The notes beneath the pieces were generated by a model. The model did no database searches. It worked only from the letters and a program-made list of their open reading frames with translations, and was not told where the DNA came from. A stretch of 64,000 nucleotides of DNA from Branchiostoma lanceolatum (lineage: Eukaryota): contig NC_089722.1 in NCBI RefSeq assembly GCF_035083965.1, positions 25,291,081-25,355,080 on the forward strand. Reading direction: 5' to 3'. A program made the position numbers and the translations under genes. This document shows positions 51,406 to 64,000 of the stretch, piece by piece (position 1 is the stretch's first letter; every line of letters starts with the position of its first letter).

Positions 51406-54322
51406 TCATGCCACTTTTTGTTTCCGCGCATGCGCGGCTTCAGCCTCGACTTCGCGCCTTCTGCTGGCGATGACGTATTCAATCCAGCTGATCATGCCGT
51501 CATCGTCGGTGTCATCGTCTGCCAGGACCTTGTCCACTAATTCTGCACAGAAGAAACAATTTAAGGGGACAAACAAATATTTTCTCTGTGCATTCAATAG
51601 TTTGTTCAGTAATAAAACACTCCTTTACGCCGGAACGTTGCGGACAGAAAACCCAGAATAGTACATGATGCTTGGTGAAAATTCAAAGTTCAAAATGGGG
51701 GGAGTTAATGCTTGTTCAAAATCCACACCGCTGTGCAAGTACTACAGCAGTAGCCTGAGTACCAGCCCTTTTAGCTTCCGTCCGCTACCCAAGCTCCGCT
51801 ACCGGCCGGTAGCGGAGCTTGGGTAGCGGACGGAAGCTAAAAGGGCTGGTACTCAGGCTACTACAGCAGGAGGCTAGTCCACTGGTAGTGACGTTTGTTT
51901 AAATGCTATATTCGTTTCCATAAGTGCTGTATGTACCTGCATAGTACTCCGTCATATCTTTATCTTCATGCGTGTTAAAGTGGGTTGAATGTTCGATGGC
52001 GGCCAGTATCTCCAGTCCGTCCAACTTCAAGTCCTTATCACTGTCGTGAGTCCTGTGGAGAGGCGACGATTTCATATTGTTCAATCTAATCACGCGTACG
52101 AATCCCTACAGATACTAGAAAGGCAACATTTGCGAGCAAATACAGCATGTTTAGCCATACTCCTCGCCATGCAAAAAATGGACTCTCCCAAAATAACAAT
52201 GGACCATTCTAAAATACTTGCACTAAAAAAATGAATCACCCCAGTCCAAAATTGAGTCTTCCAGTAGCACCTCAACACAATATGGACCAGTCCACAACCA
52301 TATCCACTTATTGATTAACAAATACACTTCTGCTAACAAATGGACTTTTTCATAATCATTCCAGCTCAAAATTGAAAGAAATGATTAAAGAATCCTCCCC
52401 TTGCAAGAATGGGATATTCCGTGCCATTTCCATGTAAACCAGTCGAAAAATATCCGCTGAAAATTACACTCTTGCGCATAATCAACCCAGTTCAAAATTG
52501 AATGAAAAAAGATCAACCCCAGGGAAGAATGAAGTTTTCCATAGTATACATATGAAGATTTGACAGGAGAAGAAGGAAATGACCCAAAACAACATATTTG
52601 AATGGGTGAAATATAAAAATGTGACACCCCTTTGTTTGAATGTACTTTGGGTTGAAAATAACGAAACGAAAAAATTCTTTGTTTAAAAAATCGTTTTGAA
52701 AGGCTGTATGCCAAACATTTGAATGAGGGCCTGTGTACATGACCAAGGCAGACACATACCAGATTTCACATTATTTTGGTTTAATACATAGGAACTGGAG
52801 ATGTGTATCTTTGTTAAAAAAAGAGTGAACAAAGCCATGTAATCACATGTCCTAGGAATTCCCATACCATATTTGGCATGAATACTAGCACACCTGCGCC
52901 AGGAATGCAAGATAATTAGATTAACCCAATTGACCAATCAGGTGGTCGCAAGGCTCACAGGCATGCAAGGCCAGGTGCAAGGCACTTGGGGTCAATGACC
53001 TTTAGGTCATATGTAGTATTGAAAGTGACAGAAGTGGCAAATATTGTCAAGAAAGCCCAAAATAAATCGTTTTGAATATATGTATGCCAAAAATGGGAAT
53101 GTAGTCCTTTAAATATTTGTACAAGCCACATATACAGCAAATTTCAGGTCATTCGGTTGAAATACCAGGGCGCAGGAGGCCAAGATATGCTAAAAATAGC
53201 CTAAAAACCTCAATAAAATCACTTTTAAGGTCAATATCAAAAAAAGGAAAAGAACACACATTGGTTTTTGCCTACATTACCTCTGTACCAAATTTCAGGT
53301 CATTTGGTCAAAAAATGACAGAGATGAATCGATTTGAAGATTTGACAGGAGGAGAAGAAGAAGAAGAAGAAGAAGAAGAAGAAGAAGAAACATGAGTAAA
53401 AACAATATGTTTAGCCATACTAGGTATGGCTAAACATAATAATAAGTTGATGTCAATGTCTAGCCTGACTAAATCGCGCTCCTAGCGGCTGGCCCGACGG
53501 CTACAGGGCCCCTATGTAAAGCAGTGTTAATCACTGAGCAGGGCTACCCTGGGTAAACATGACAGAAGAAGAAAAAATTAAAGATTAAAAATACAGCCCC
53601 TACCGCCCTTGGGGAAGAGATCATTAACCCCAGCCAGCGAGAGAATGTATAAACCAAGTCTAATACCCATTATTCTCTGCTAACCAGAGGTGTCTAAACC
53701 ATCTCCTCTCATAGGGTTAGGCAGCAGGGTGAAGGTTAAAAGAATTAACTCACTTGAAGAAGTGGAACTCCTTTTCTTCAGATGACATCTCGTTGATCTG
53801 TTCTTCCGTCAGCTCTTTGACGTGTTCTTTCAGGTGACTACGTGAAATAAGATTGTCATATAGTTAGCTCTGTAACCATAGACATGCTTTAATTCGGAGT
53901 TGGAAGGCAGGTCGTCTGTGTGGGGAGGGGTACACAGCCCAGGTCTCTCAAACGCTAATCAGTCCCATTATTAATGAAAATATAACAAAAACATTTACTA
54001 CCTCAACTATGACATCTGAATGATGAATTTCTGTACTCTGTCTATCAAAATGACAACATTATCCACAATATAATTTCTCGATTTCAAAACTTTGTAATAA
54101 TGAAGTAGAAGTGTTAAAGTTCCTTATGAAACACTTCCCACATTGTTCCATATGGCAATCTAAAAACAAAGACAGAACCATGAAAACCCACTCTTTATCC
54201 TGCGTCATTGCTGGATCCCGAAACTTGTTGCTTGGAGTTTCGTCAGTACCAGTACATAATGCGTGTGGCACCAGAAACAGAAAGGCACTGATGGCCACCA
54301 CCAAACGACTTGAAAACTCCAT
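51406..54322 (-). CDS. MCFD2-like copy F' (identical duplicate of F, 4 exons)
   Basis: It has the same exons as F shifted by +6389. Every six-frame ORF in 49159-55547 is identical to its partner in 42770-49158. Confidence 0.7.
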
Positions 54323-56229
54323 GTTAATAGAATAGTGCAGCCAGTACCAGCGCCTTCCTATCTGCATGTGAGTGAGAATCTGTGCCGACGTGTGCGCACA
54401 CAGCTCATTAAGTACTTTGCTTATACAAGTAGCAAAACAATTGACATAGTTATTGTAAGGTGTTCGGTTGTGGGTGTCGTGGGAATGAGAAGCATTAGTA
54501 CAGTTTAGACAGACCAAAAAGGTAATTATTACAATCCTACTGCGTTTCTGGCCTGGAATGATAGCTTTATCATGGTAACGTTTCACCAGAAGCGAAGGTA
54601 GTTAAAAACGCACCAAAAAAAGACGAACACAATGCCGTAGAATTACGCATAAAACACAATGAGCCTGCTTGGAGATTCTCGAAACGCATACAACAAAACA
54701 GCTCCCAACAAGTTATTGAAATGATATGTAGGTTTAGTAAGGCGCGATTTTAGTATATGAAAACCATGTCAACCAGTTAAACCATGCCAAATAAGCGCAT
54801 GTCAGCAACTGTGACCGCAATAACCATTTACAGCAAAATCGGTGACTTTGGCCGACTGTCTTTGCAACTCTATATGATTGCCAGTATGCCACGTTCTGCG
54901 CTGACTAATACGAACAGGAAGGGCCTTGCCCATAATGTATTATGACACTCCTTCTATGACACCACCATAATGGACCTGTTATGATACAGTAGTGGAATGT
55001 GATATGTATGGTGAGGGGGAGGGGAAAACGAGACAACCCAAACGCCTCTTCACAGATGGTATTCAGGGTTCAGAGCCAGGCTGGGACAAAACAATCTGTT
55101 TAGTACATTAATTAATATTCGCGGTTGGCGGTTTAAAAGTGCTCTCACATCACCGATGAGGTCTACGAAATACAATTTATTCCATAACGTTGGTCACAAT
55201 GGCCTACATCATTACGATGAAAATGAGTCGAATTGCGCAAAATGCGTTCTCAGACTACCAGGAAAAATGGGTATAGTCTATAGAAAGTTCTGGGCGCCCT
55301 GGAAAAGATGTTTAATTGCACTATTGCGATGATACGACTCCACATACTAGTATGTATGTTCTATAAGGAATGACGGATTCACCGGTTTAGTAACACGCCT
55401 ATACATAACGGGATGACTGGTGATGACCACACGCTCTATATATATCCCGGGGGAACAGCTGCACAGTACAGTCCCCAGGGCCGACCCGTGTGGCCGCTAA
55501 CTCCGACTTCTGCGACTTTTTGTCCCCAGAGAAAGGTATTCAAACGGCGCAAGTTCTCAAGTACCGACAAGGTAAGATGCCGTTTGTATCTCTATGTGAA
55601 TTTTGAGCGTTTCTCTGTATGTTTCGTTGAAATAAAGATTCAAAAAGCAAAATGTTACGTGCAGCCTGTGACGCTGTCATGATAGACAATGACAGATGTT
55701 TGAGGATCGGTCTATGATATATGGTGTATTTCTTACCCCCCTCCCAAACGACTCTTTCGATATTACAAAATTATTAGGGAAAGAGTCTGCGTTCTGTTCT
55801 GTCTCATTTAGTTGCCTATTAACGTTATATGACTGATCAATCGTAGATCATGCTTTTGTCGTTTTGATAGTATGTGTAGCCGAGAGACCCACACGACGGT
55901 AGAACATTCTGGTCTCTGACAACGATTCAACTTCATTTATGTATCACGACCGTCCCGTTATTGGTGGGAAATTTTAGCTGATTCATAGTCTTCACTGTTA
56001 TGAAACAGCCAGGTTATGAGCAGGCGCGATGCTCATTACATTGTAATTAAGCCCAATCAAGTTGTTATATCGGCCGAGTTCTACTTAATCAGTAAAACTG
56101 CTGCTCTCTGTGAATACAGCTGTGTGGCAATGGTTTTGATTTCCGCATCAACATTTTCATTTCATATGCCTATATCAAAATTGGTTAAGATGACAAACCT
56201 ATTGTTTTACTCATCAAGCAACCGAAATG

Positions 56230-56264
56230 TTTTGACATTCTTTTTGTGTGTTGCGTATGTGTGT

Positions 56265-56308
<44 letters not shown>

Positions 56309-56324
56309 GTGTATGTATGGATGA

Positions 56325-56400
<76 letters not shown>
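56230..56400. repeat. (TG)n microsatellite, interrupted
   Basis: gtgtgtgtatgtgtgtgtgtgtgtgtg... The Cys/Val and His/Thr ORFs at 56214-56505 are artefacts of this tract. Confidence 0.95.
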
Positions 56401-56523
56401 ATTCTGGAGAATCCTTCCTGTGAGAAAATGTTTAAGTGTATAAACATCACTTTCCTTGTCTTTTTGCCCCAGGTAACCAAGTTAAAGATTTTTAAAGACT
56501 TGTAACAAGAAAAATCATCATGT

Positions 56524-59500
56524 CAGGTGGCATGAAAACCCTGCGCATCAAGTCCGGAAATGACATCAAACTTGATCTTCCAATCAGCGGGGACCCTCCA
56601 CCAACGGTCACATGGTATAAGGATAACAAAGAGTTGCGTAATTTGGGCCGACACAGCATCCGGAACACCCCCATTTCCACCGTACTAAAGGTGCGGGGTG
56701 CAGACTGGACGGACGCGGGAGTATACACTTTAAGGGTAACGGCACTTTGATTGACACAACTACACTAATACATCGGCAATTGGTTCTTGAAATACAACCT
56801 GAGAAGCATTCACCTGGCCAACGTTTGATAACTTCTCAGCTTCCCACTTCAGGGCCCGAATGGACGCTACTACTCCTAGCCGCATCATGGCGTTGCAGCA
56901 AAGATGCGGTCCCAAACATGGATTTAGGTGTAATTCAAGCATTTATTTTCCTCCGACTTACCAACTTGATGCTATTCGCGATACACTAACACATCTTAGA
57001 CTGTTAGAGACAGACCTGCATCCAGAAAAAAATGATAAGAATAAATTTTGAAATAATTTTAATGAAATGAATTTCAGCAATTAAACACGGGGGGGGGGGG
57101 CGCCAGTTGTACATGTACCCCAAATTCCATCAAGATATTTGTTACGCTTTTCCCTTTTAACAGAATTGTCCTCGCCGTTATTTCAGATCTCTAATGAGTT
57201 GGGGACTAACAAGGCTGATATCAAGATCGAGGTAATTGGTCCTCCCGACCCCCCAAAGGGCCCACTTACCGTGAGTGACGTCACCGCGGAAACTGCCGTG
57301 CTGACATGGGCGGCACCACAGTACGACGGGGGAGCAGAGGTAACATGGTGCTTTTTTTGACGACACCTCAAGGAAGGAGCCGATAATGCATGCAGCGTTA
57401 CGATCGAGTTGAAAATGTTATAAGAGCTCTTACCATGTATCGAGTTTTTGGCCACGCCTCAAATGTCTGGTTCACACATTCCTTGTTCCTATCTAGCACG
57501 ACTTACATCAACCTCTACGTTAAGTGTTTATTGACACATTTGCGGTTGGTGATTTTCAGGTGATGAACTACGTTGTTGAGAAGACGGACAGTTTCGGGTT
57601 GACCTGGGTGTTCGTGAACACAAACGTGCAGAGGAACACGATCCGCGTGACCGGACTGATCCCTGATGGGGAGTACAAGTTCAGGGTCAGCGCCGAAAAC
57701 AAGTAAGTCATAAAGGCCCAACTTATACTAGTATCATATAATGCCTGTTTGAGGTCAGTCACATTCATGGTGATGGAACCTTCAATGATACCACTCCTTC
57801 CTTCCATCACAAGCTATCTGCCCCAAAAACACCAAGTCCATAGCAAGTCCAGGTGAAAAGATACAAAAAACGGAAGTTCTCCTGCAGTACCAAGGTCACC
57901 TACCAGGGCGCCCAAAATCGACCTTGACCTTTGTCTTCCCAAGACCTGCCCACATACCAAATATCATCGTAATCCATCCAAGGTTCTTGAGGTATGCTGA
58001 TTATAATATCCGGAAGCACAAACAAACACACAGACATACACACACACACAAAACTATACCTACATTTTTCATGGAGATAAAAGATCTAAAGATATGCTTT
58101 GTTCTAGGTTTGGCACGGGACGTCCTATCGAGTCTGACGTCATCGTCGCCAAGAACCCTTACGACATCCCGGCCTCCCCTCGAGACGTGCGGATCTTGGA
58201 CGCGTCCGGTGAAACCATCATATTGGCATGGCGACCACCTGCAGACGACGGGGGGTCAGAGATCACAGGTCAGTAGTGCATATACGACCGAAACCTTTAT
58301 CTGAGGTTTCTCCAGATTCTTGTAATTGAATATTCTCCGTGAGAACAACCTCTTAGTATATAGAAAACTTGATTCCAATATATTTTTTTTTTGCTCAGGG
58401 TATATTGTGGAACGGCGTGAGAAGTCCAGCCGCCGCTGGGTCAAAGTAAACAAAACTCCCGTCAGGAAGCTAGAGATCCGTTCACAGGGGCTTGTTAAGG
58501 TATGTCACGCAAACCGTGAGTGCGCTCAAACGTGACAAGAGACCGCCATGCTGGTGGTGTGGTTAGATCCAAGATGGCGACCGGACCTTACCGAATCCAA
58601 ACTCATATGGTTCTGGTGTCTATTTTCTAAATATGCAGGGCCAACATGAGGCATGTCGAGGAAGAGGAAAAATCAAGATTGTCACGAGCCTTTAACACAC
58701 CAACATGGCGGCGCATGTTCTTGTCCTTGAAAAAAACCCACAATATAGTCCATCCAATGCACCGTTTCCATAGTTAATTAACATTGTCATACGCCTCCTG
58801 GTTTGTTTTGAGAAGCATGCATTATTCGTGCATCGTTTATCTGTGTGTGTTTTCTAATAGTTACAATAAACACGCTGGTATATCAGTCTAAAACCATCAC
58901 ACTTGCTGTTCGTTCCCAGGGTCTGGAGTACGAGCACAGGGTGAGCGCGGTGAACGCCGCGGGAGTGGGGACCCCTAGCGGACCGACCGAGCTGGTGGAG
59001 ATCATCGATCCTGTTGACGAACCAACTGAACTGAAGGTGAGAAACAATATCATATTTGTTTTGTGGCCTGCAAAATATGACATTATTCCCAAGTCCCAAC
59101 ACTGTTGTTTTCTCTTTTCATTCTTAAATTAATTATGGACCGATTTGTACCCCCCCCCCCCCCCCCAGGTTACAGAAGTGTCCAGGAACTCGGTGTCATT
59201 GAAGTGGACAAGGCCCCTTAGCGACGGAGGAAGTCGCATCGTGACGTACATCATCGAGCGACGTCAAATGAAGGATGCCGAGGAGACTTGGCTGCGCTGT
59301 AACGAGTCGAACGTGCAGGACACCAACTTCACTGTGGAGAATCTGCTGACAGACGAGGTCATCGTCTTCAGGTACGGGCGAGCTTTAGAGTTCCAGGCGT
59401 ATCATAGCATGTTGTGGCTGTGACGTAGCAATGACGTACGCGTAATCAAGCGTCTGCCATGTTGCCTGCTTAAAGACGCCTGTAGGTAATTAAGTAATTC

Positions 59501-62500
59501 TGAGAGAAATATTTCAATAACTTAATCCGACAACACCTCTGCCCAATCCTACCCCACCCTCACCCCCATATGCATCAATATCAGACTCCTTGACTTTGAG
59601 GTTGAAATTTTAGTACACATGTCTACATGCCGCACATGTCCAATCCCCACTCCAGGGTGTCAGCCCGTAACGCCGCCGGTGTCGTCAGTAAACCCAGCGA
59701 GCCCACACCACCCGTGGTACTGAAGGACGAGGAACGCCCGCCTGTGGTGCAGGTAATAAAAATTTGTCTTCATTCAGCAAACATTTTAATTAATACAGCA
59801 CAGTACATGAGATGACATATCGCAGCTACATGGTGCAACATTCAATCTGCTGAAAACTGGTTTTAGGTTGAAATTAAGTCAAAGTAGATACTTTTCTTAC
59901 CTCTTATGATTTACCTGTTGGAGTAATGGTTCAATATTTGTGCAGGTGGACGCCAAGACTAAGACATCCCAGCGGTTACGGGCGGGAGAGTCCGTACATC
60001 TCATCGTCAATGTCACCGGGAAACCACGCCCTGCCATCTTCTGGACCAAAGATGAAGTTGACATCCTGAAAGTTCCCGGAGCCAGGGTAAGAACAATTGA
60101 ACCCCTCTCTTCTTTTCTTGTGTTGTCTTGTCTTGTCTTAAAGTCGACAACAAATGGTAGTTATGTGAGGAAAATCTAAACTAAGGCCACAGCAAGTAAT
60201 TTTTATGGATGACATCAGCGCGCTCATTAATTTTCGCCTGATTTCGAAATAAAAAACAAGAGATTTCATTTCCCTCCAACGGTGGTCAACATGCCAAAAA
60301 TTGGCAAATATGTCGTAAACGTTGACAGTCTAAGGTGTTTCATCGCATATGAATACCCAGTGTAGTTCCTGCCCATGATGGTATGACAAGCTGTTTTCTG
60401 CGTTTGTTATAGTTAATTGAGCTGTATACACATCTTCAAGAACAGTTTAATGTTGACAGTCCAAGGTGTTTCATTGCATATGAATATCCAGTGTAGTTCC
60501 TGCCCATGATGGTATAATAACAAGCTGTTTTCTGCATTTGTTCTAGCAAGGACATTATATAAATAATGGGGGGGGGGGGGGCTAGTTAATTAAGCTGTAT
60601 ACACAAGGTGTTTCATCGCATATGAATTCCCAGTGTAGTTGCTTCAGATGATGGTACAACAAGCTCTTTTCTGCATTTGTTGTAGCTAGTCTATTGAGAT
60701 GTATACACATCTACAAGGACATGTTTACATTAAATCAAGGAGGTTTTATATTACATGTACATATGAAACCTCATTGGTTGAATACAGGACTAAAAGACCT
60801 GTTGGTCATGATATCATATTTCGTCGCCTCAATTCTTGTTTAACAAGACTTATGATCTCAAAATTTGAAAATATAGGAATCTTGTTTTTTTTTCCCACCT
60901 TGTTTTTTTTTCGCCCTATCTCCTTAATTTTGGAGTCTGTGGAGGATGTCATCCATAAAATTTACTTGCTGTGGCCTAAAGTAAATACACACTCTTTTGT
61001 CTAAGATTTCATCGCAAATGTCTCTTGTGTTCGTGACTGCGAGAAATACAATTGCAAAATCGAGCTAGATTCATCTTTTATCAATTTTCATAAATTTGGA
61101 ATGATTCTATCTCATATAGCAACATGCATTCAGGTATTGAAAATCAGTTCGGCACATATGATTTTTAACTTATTTTCTGTACTTTTACTATTGTATGGTA
61201 CGAATGTCAATATTTGATCAAACTCATTGATGTCATTGGTCTACGATGTAGGTAACAAGTACAGAAAAGAGCCTGGGGCCAACCTGTGAGCTCTACATTG
61301 CGTCAGCAGAACGTGCGCACAATGGGAAATACGTAATCATGGCACAGAACGAGCTGGGACAGGCGTCCGAGACACTGGAGCTGGTGGTAACGGACAGACC
61401 ACAACCACCCGAAGGTGAATCAACTTCTCCTTCTATATGATCAAATTCTTAGAACAAGTTAAGTCGAACATCTGCCATTTTAGCTTAAAATGTGTAGGAC
61501 GGGCACCATCAGCATTTGTCTTACACAGTCCAATTGCTATATTTTTACCTGCCCTTATTGCTTACCTCCAACCCAGTTGTCAAGAAAAACCTGTCAGTGA
61601 CGTATTTTTCCCATGATCCCTTTAGATGTTGAAGTGACCGAGATCACCCCTGAGTCCGCCACAGTCACCTGGCGTCCGCCTGAAGACGACGGCGGGTCAG
61701 AGGTCACGAGCTACGTTGTGGAAATGTATGACTTCAAGGTCAGTGACATAGTCGGAGGAATTTACGTGTCTATTATGAATTTCTTAAAAAGGTCTAATCG
61801 TACCATAAGATATGTTGAGATGACATAAAACAACTCACGTTAGTACTGGTCAAACTTCTACCAGTATTATAGACAAGATTTCACCTCCCTTTGTCTGAAC
61901 CTCAGGAGAAAGAGTGGACGGAGGCGTGCCGTAGTGTCCGTAAGACGCCCTGTACCGTGCCCAGGCTCATCGCCGGCAGGATTTACAAGTTTGGCGTGCG
62001 TGCGCAGAACATGTACGGCGTCAGCAACAGGAGAACCACGTCACAGATGGAGGCAAAATACACCTTCGAGCCGCCTGAAGCACCTGACATGCCCAGGCCA
62101 ATGGAGGTAACATCATTACCGAACATCATAACCGTAAGGAACATGCATGATGTTTCAACAGCAGCGGCGTAGGCACGAAATGGTTTGCATAGCGCGACGA
62201 GGGTGTCGCTCTAGGCCTTCATACTGCTGGGCCCAATACCTACACCATGGAGCCATGATTTAGCTTTGAAGCTTCGATAGTTTTTGTCTGCTTGCGGTCT
62301 GGGAATCGAGGGGGGCAGGAAACTAATTAAACATGATAACAGGTAATGCCAGAGAAACAACTACACAGATGAAGTCGTTGACATTTCTGAAGAAGGAGTA
62401 ATGATCGTATGCGCGTAAAATTTAAGGTACACAATTCTGATGTAACCGTTGAGAATTATCTTTTCAAAGATTTCCAAGGAAGCGATAGTCCTCCGCTGGA

Positions 62501-63794
62501 ACGCGCCTCCTGCCGATGGAGGCAGTCCTGTCATCGGGTATGTCCTGGAGAAGAAGACCGGGACGTCCGTGCGCTGGGACCGGGTCAACACGGACCCCAT
62601 CGCCACGGAGATCTACACCGTACCCACCGTGGAGGGAGGGGAGTACGACTTCAGAGTCGCCGCAGTGAACGCGGCCGGGGTGGGCAAGTAAGTGAATACA
62701 GTCTGATACAGGTTCTGTGTCGAGCAACGGAAAACTATGCAAATTAATTTAGAATTCTATTCTCATTTTGAGAAAGCGTCAGCTGTACAAGTTATTACTT
62801 TAAGAACCTTGCTTTAAGGAAGGTTGGTGATACAGCGGGCAAGACTTTCTGTAAGAGTCGCATGGTTATCTGTTTCTATGATATCATACAAAATAAAAGT
62901 TATAGAATACAACTTCACAGCCATTTACACACGGATAACTATGGTTAGCAGTATCATACACGTTGATTTGATTTTACATGGTTTTCTCCCATTCAACAGT
63001 CTAATCTATACCCCATGCTCCCTCTGTTTCTATGCTCAGGTTCAGTGTGTCGTCGGGTCGGGTCGTCGCAAGGAACATCGGGAAGCCGGGGCCGCCGGGC
63101 AGTGTGACCGTACTGGACACTACCAGGTCCTCTGCCACCGTGCGATGGACGCCACCGGAGGACAAAGGTACATCCAAGGACTCAAGTCATTTATTCACAT
63201 AGAAATTACTTTAGGTATATGTCTTCTGGTGAGTTTGCTCTTCGTCTTGAACAAGTCACAAAGCTAGAAAACTTACAAATGATAAATACATGTACAAATA
63301 ACAAATACAGGTAATGTACAATTGCCTTCTCTCTTGCAATTGGACGCTGAGCATTAATTTAGCATTGACGATAGATATCATTTCGGGGTAATTTTTCTCC
63401 TATAAGAATGCATTATTTCCTATTCGTTACTATTGGTCGCTTCATTCTATGACTGATACCTCTTCTTTCCCTTAGTTTAAGTGTAGTCAATGTATCTGTC
63501 CCTAGTGCTGAAATGACACTTGTTATTGTCCATTTTGGGGTTATTGGTAGATGGTTACATTTCACTTGGTTACAACCACAGGAGGCGCTGCCATTCAGGG
63601 ATACGTCCTGGAAGTGAAAGATACGACAACTGGGTGGCGCAAGTGTCACACCTGTGACGTCATCAAGGGTTGCAACATGACCGTGACTGGACTAGATCCG
63701 GGTCAGGAGTATCTGTTCCGGGTCAGCGCCGTCAATGAGTATGGTCAGGGAGAGGAGACGGAAACCAATGAATCTGTAGAGGCTAAGGATAGGT
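56524..63794 (+). CDS. Titin/twitchin-family muscle protein with Ig I-set and fibronectin-III repeats, partial: about 15 exons, continues past the window end
   Basis: Exons are about 56524-56736 (Ig: ..DPPPTVTWYKDNKELRN..DAGVYTLRV), 57185-57340, 57559-57704, 58108-58269, 58391-58499, 58919-59036, 59168-59381, 59655-59752, 59944-60087 (Ig: GESVHLIVNVTGKPRPAIFWTKDE), 61251-61413, 61625-61738, 62470-62688, 63041-63168 and 63583-63794. FN3 hallmarks recur (PGPP..L.W..P.DDGGS.I.GY.VE, ...EY.FRV.A.N..G.G.PS). All junctions have canonical AG/GT sites. Confidence 0.85.
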
Positions 63795-64000
63795 ACGTCA
63801 TAACCTTACTCAACAACTGTTCGATGTCTTAATGCTACTGTGCACTTTTGACCTGTGGAACACCCGTGTGTAATAAAGAAAATGGGGTAATGAGACTTAT
63901 CCAAATGAGAATATCCAAAGCTCAAAAATGAAACTGTCGTCGAGTATCTGTATGTATATAGCCTGTTTAACCGCCTTTCGACGTAACGCATCAGCTAAGT

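Larger units (their letters stand above)
49159..55547. repeat. Unit 2 of the 6,389-bp tandem duplication
   Basis: As for unit 1. Unit 2 ends at ...gaaaggtattcaa|acggcgcaag (55547/55548). Confidence 0.85.

Noticed and set aside
56214-56505. Cys/Val-rich and His/Thr-rich ORFs
   Set aside because: They are translations of the (TG)n/(CA)n microsatellite.

Overview
This is eukaryotic (metazoan) nuclear DNA, not prokaryotic. It has spliced multi-exon genes with GT..AG introns, microsatellites, satellite arrays, LINE fragments and MITE-like TIR elements. Three gene systems are readable.

1. On the + strand (3616-6164) there is a partial six-exon gene for a secreted EMI-domain plus short collagen (Gly-X-Y) protein, EMID/Emu-like.

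2. From about 7.3 kb to 54.3 kb there is a head-to-tail tandem array of at least seven loci, all on the - strand. They encode small secreted two-EF-hand proteins that resemble MCFD2 (multiple coagulation factor deficiency 2). Each has the same four-exon, phase-conserved structure, and the intergenic spacers are 0.55-0.95 kb.
- One locus appears split by an intron of about 26.9 kb that is packed with satellites, LINE debris and TIR elements, and is bracketed by a roughly 470-bp inverted repeat pair.
- Two loci sit inside a 6,389-bp tandem duplication that looks sequence-identical (42770-49158 and 49159-55547). Its breakpoint falls in an intron, so one copy is left without its terminal exon.

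3. On the + strand from 56524 to the window end there are about 15 exons of a titin/twitchin-family muscle protein with Ig I-set and fibronectin-III domains.

The remainder is repeat-rich. There are satellites with periods of about 54, 40, 60, 98 and 125 bp, (ATCT)n, (TG)n and (GAA)n microsatellites, nested LINE reverse-transcriptase fragments enclosed by a long inverted repeat, several MITEs with 22-27 bp TIRs, and a double hairpin foldback. Exon coordinates are read by eye and are good to a few bp.
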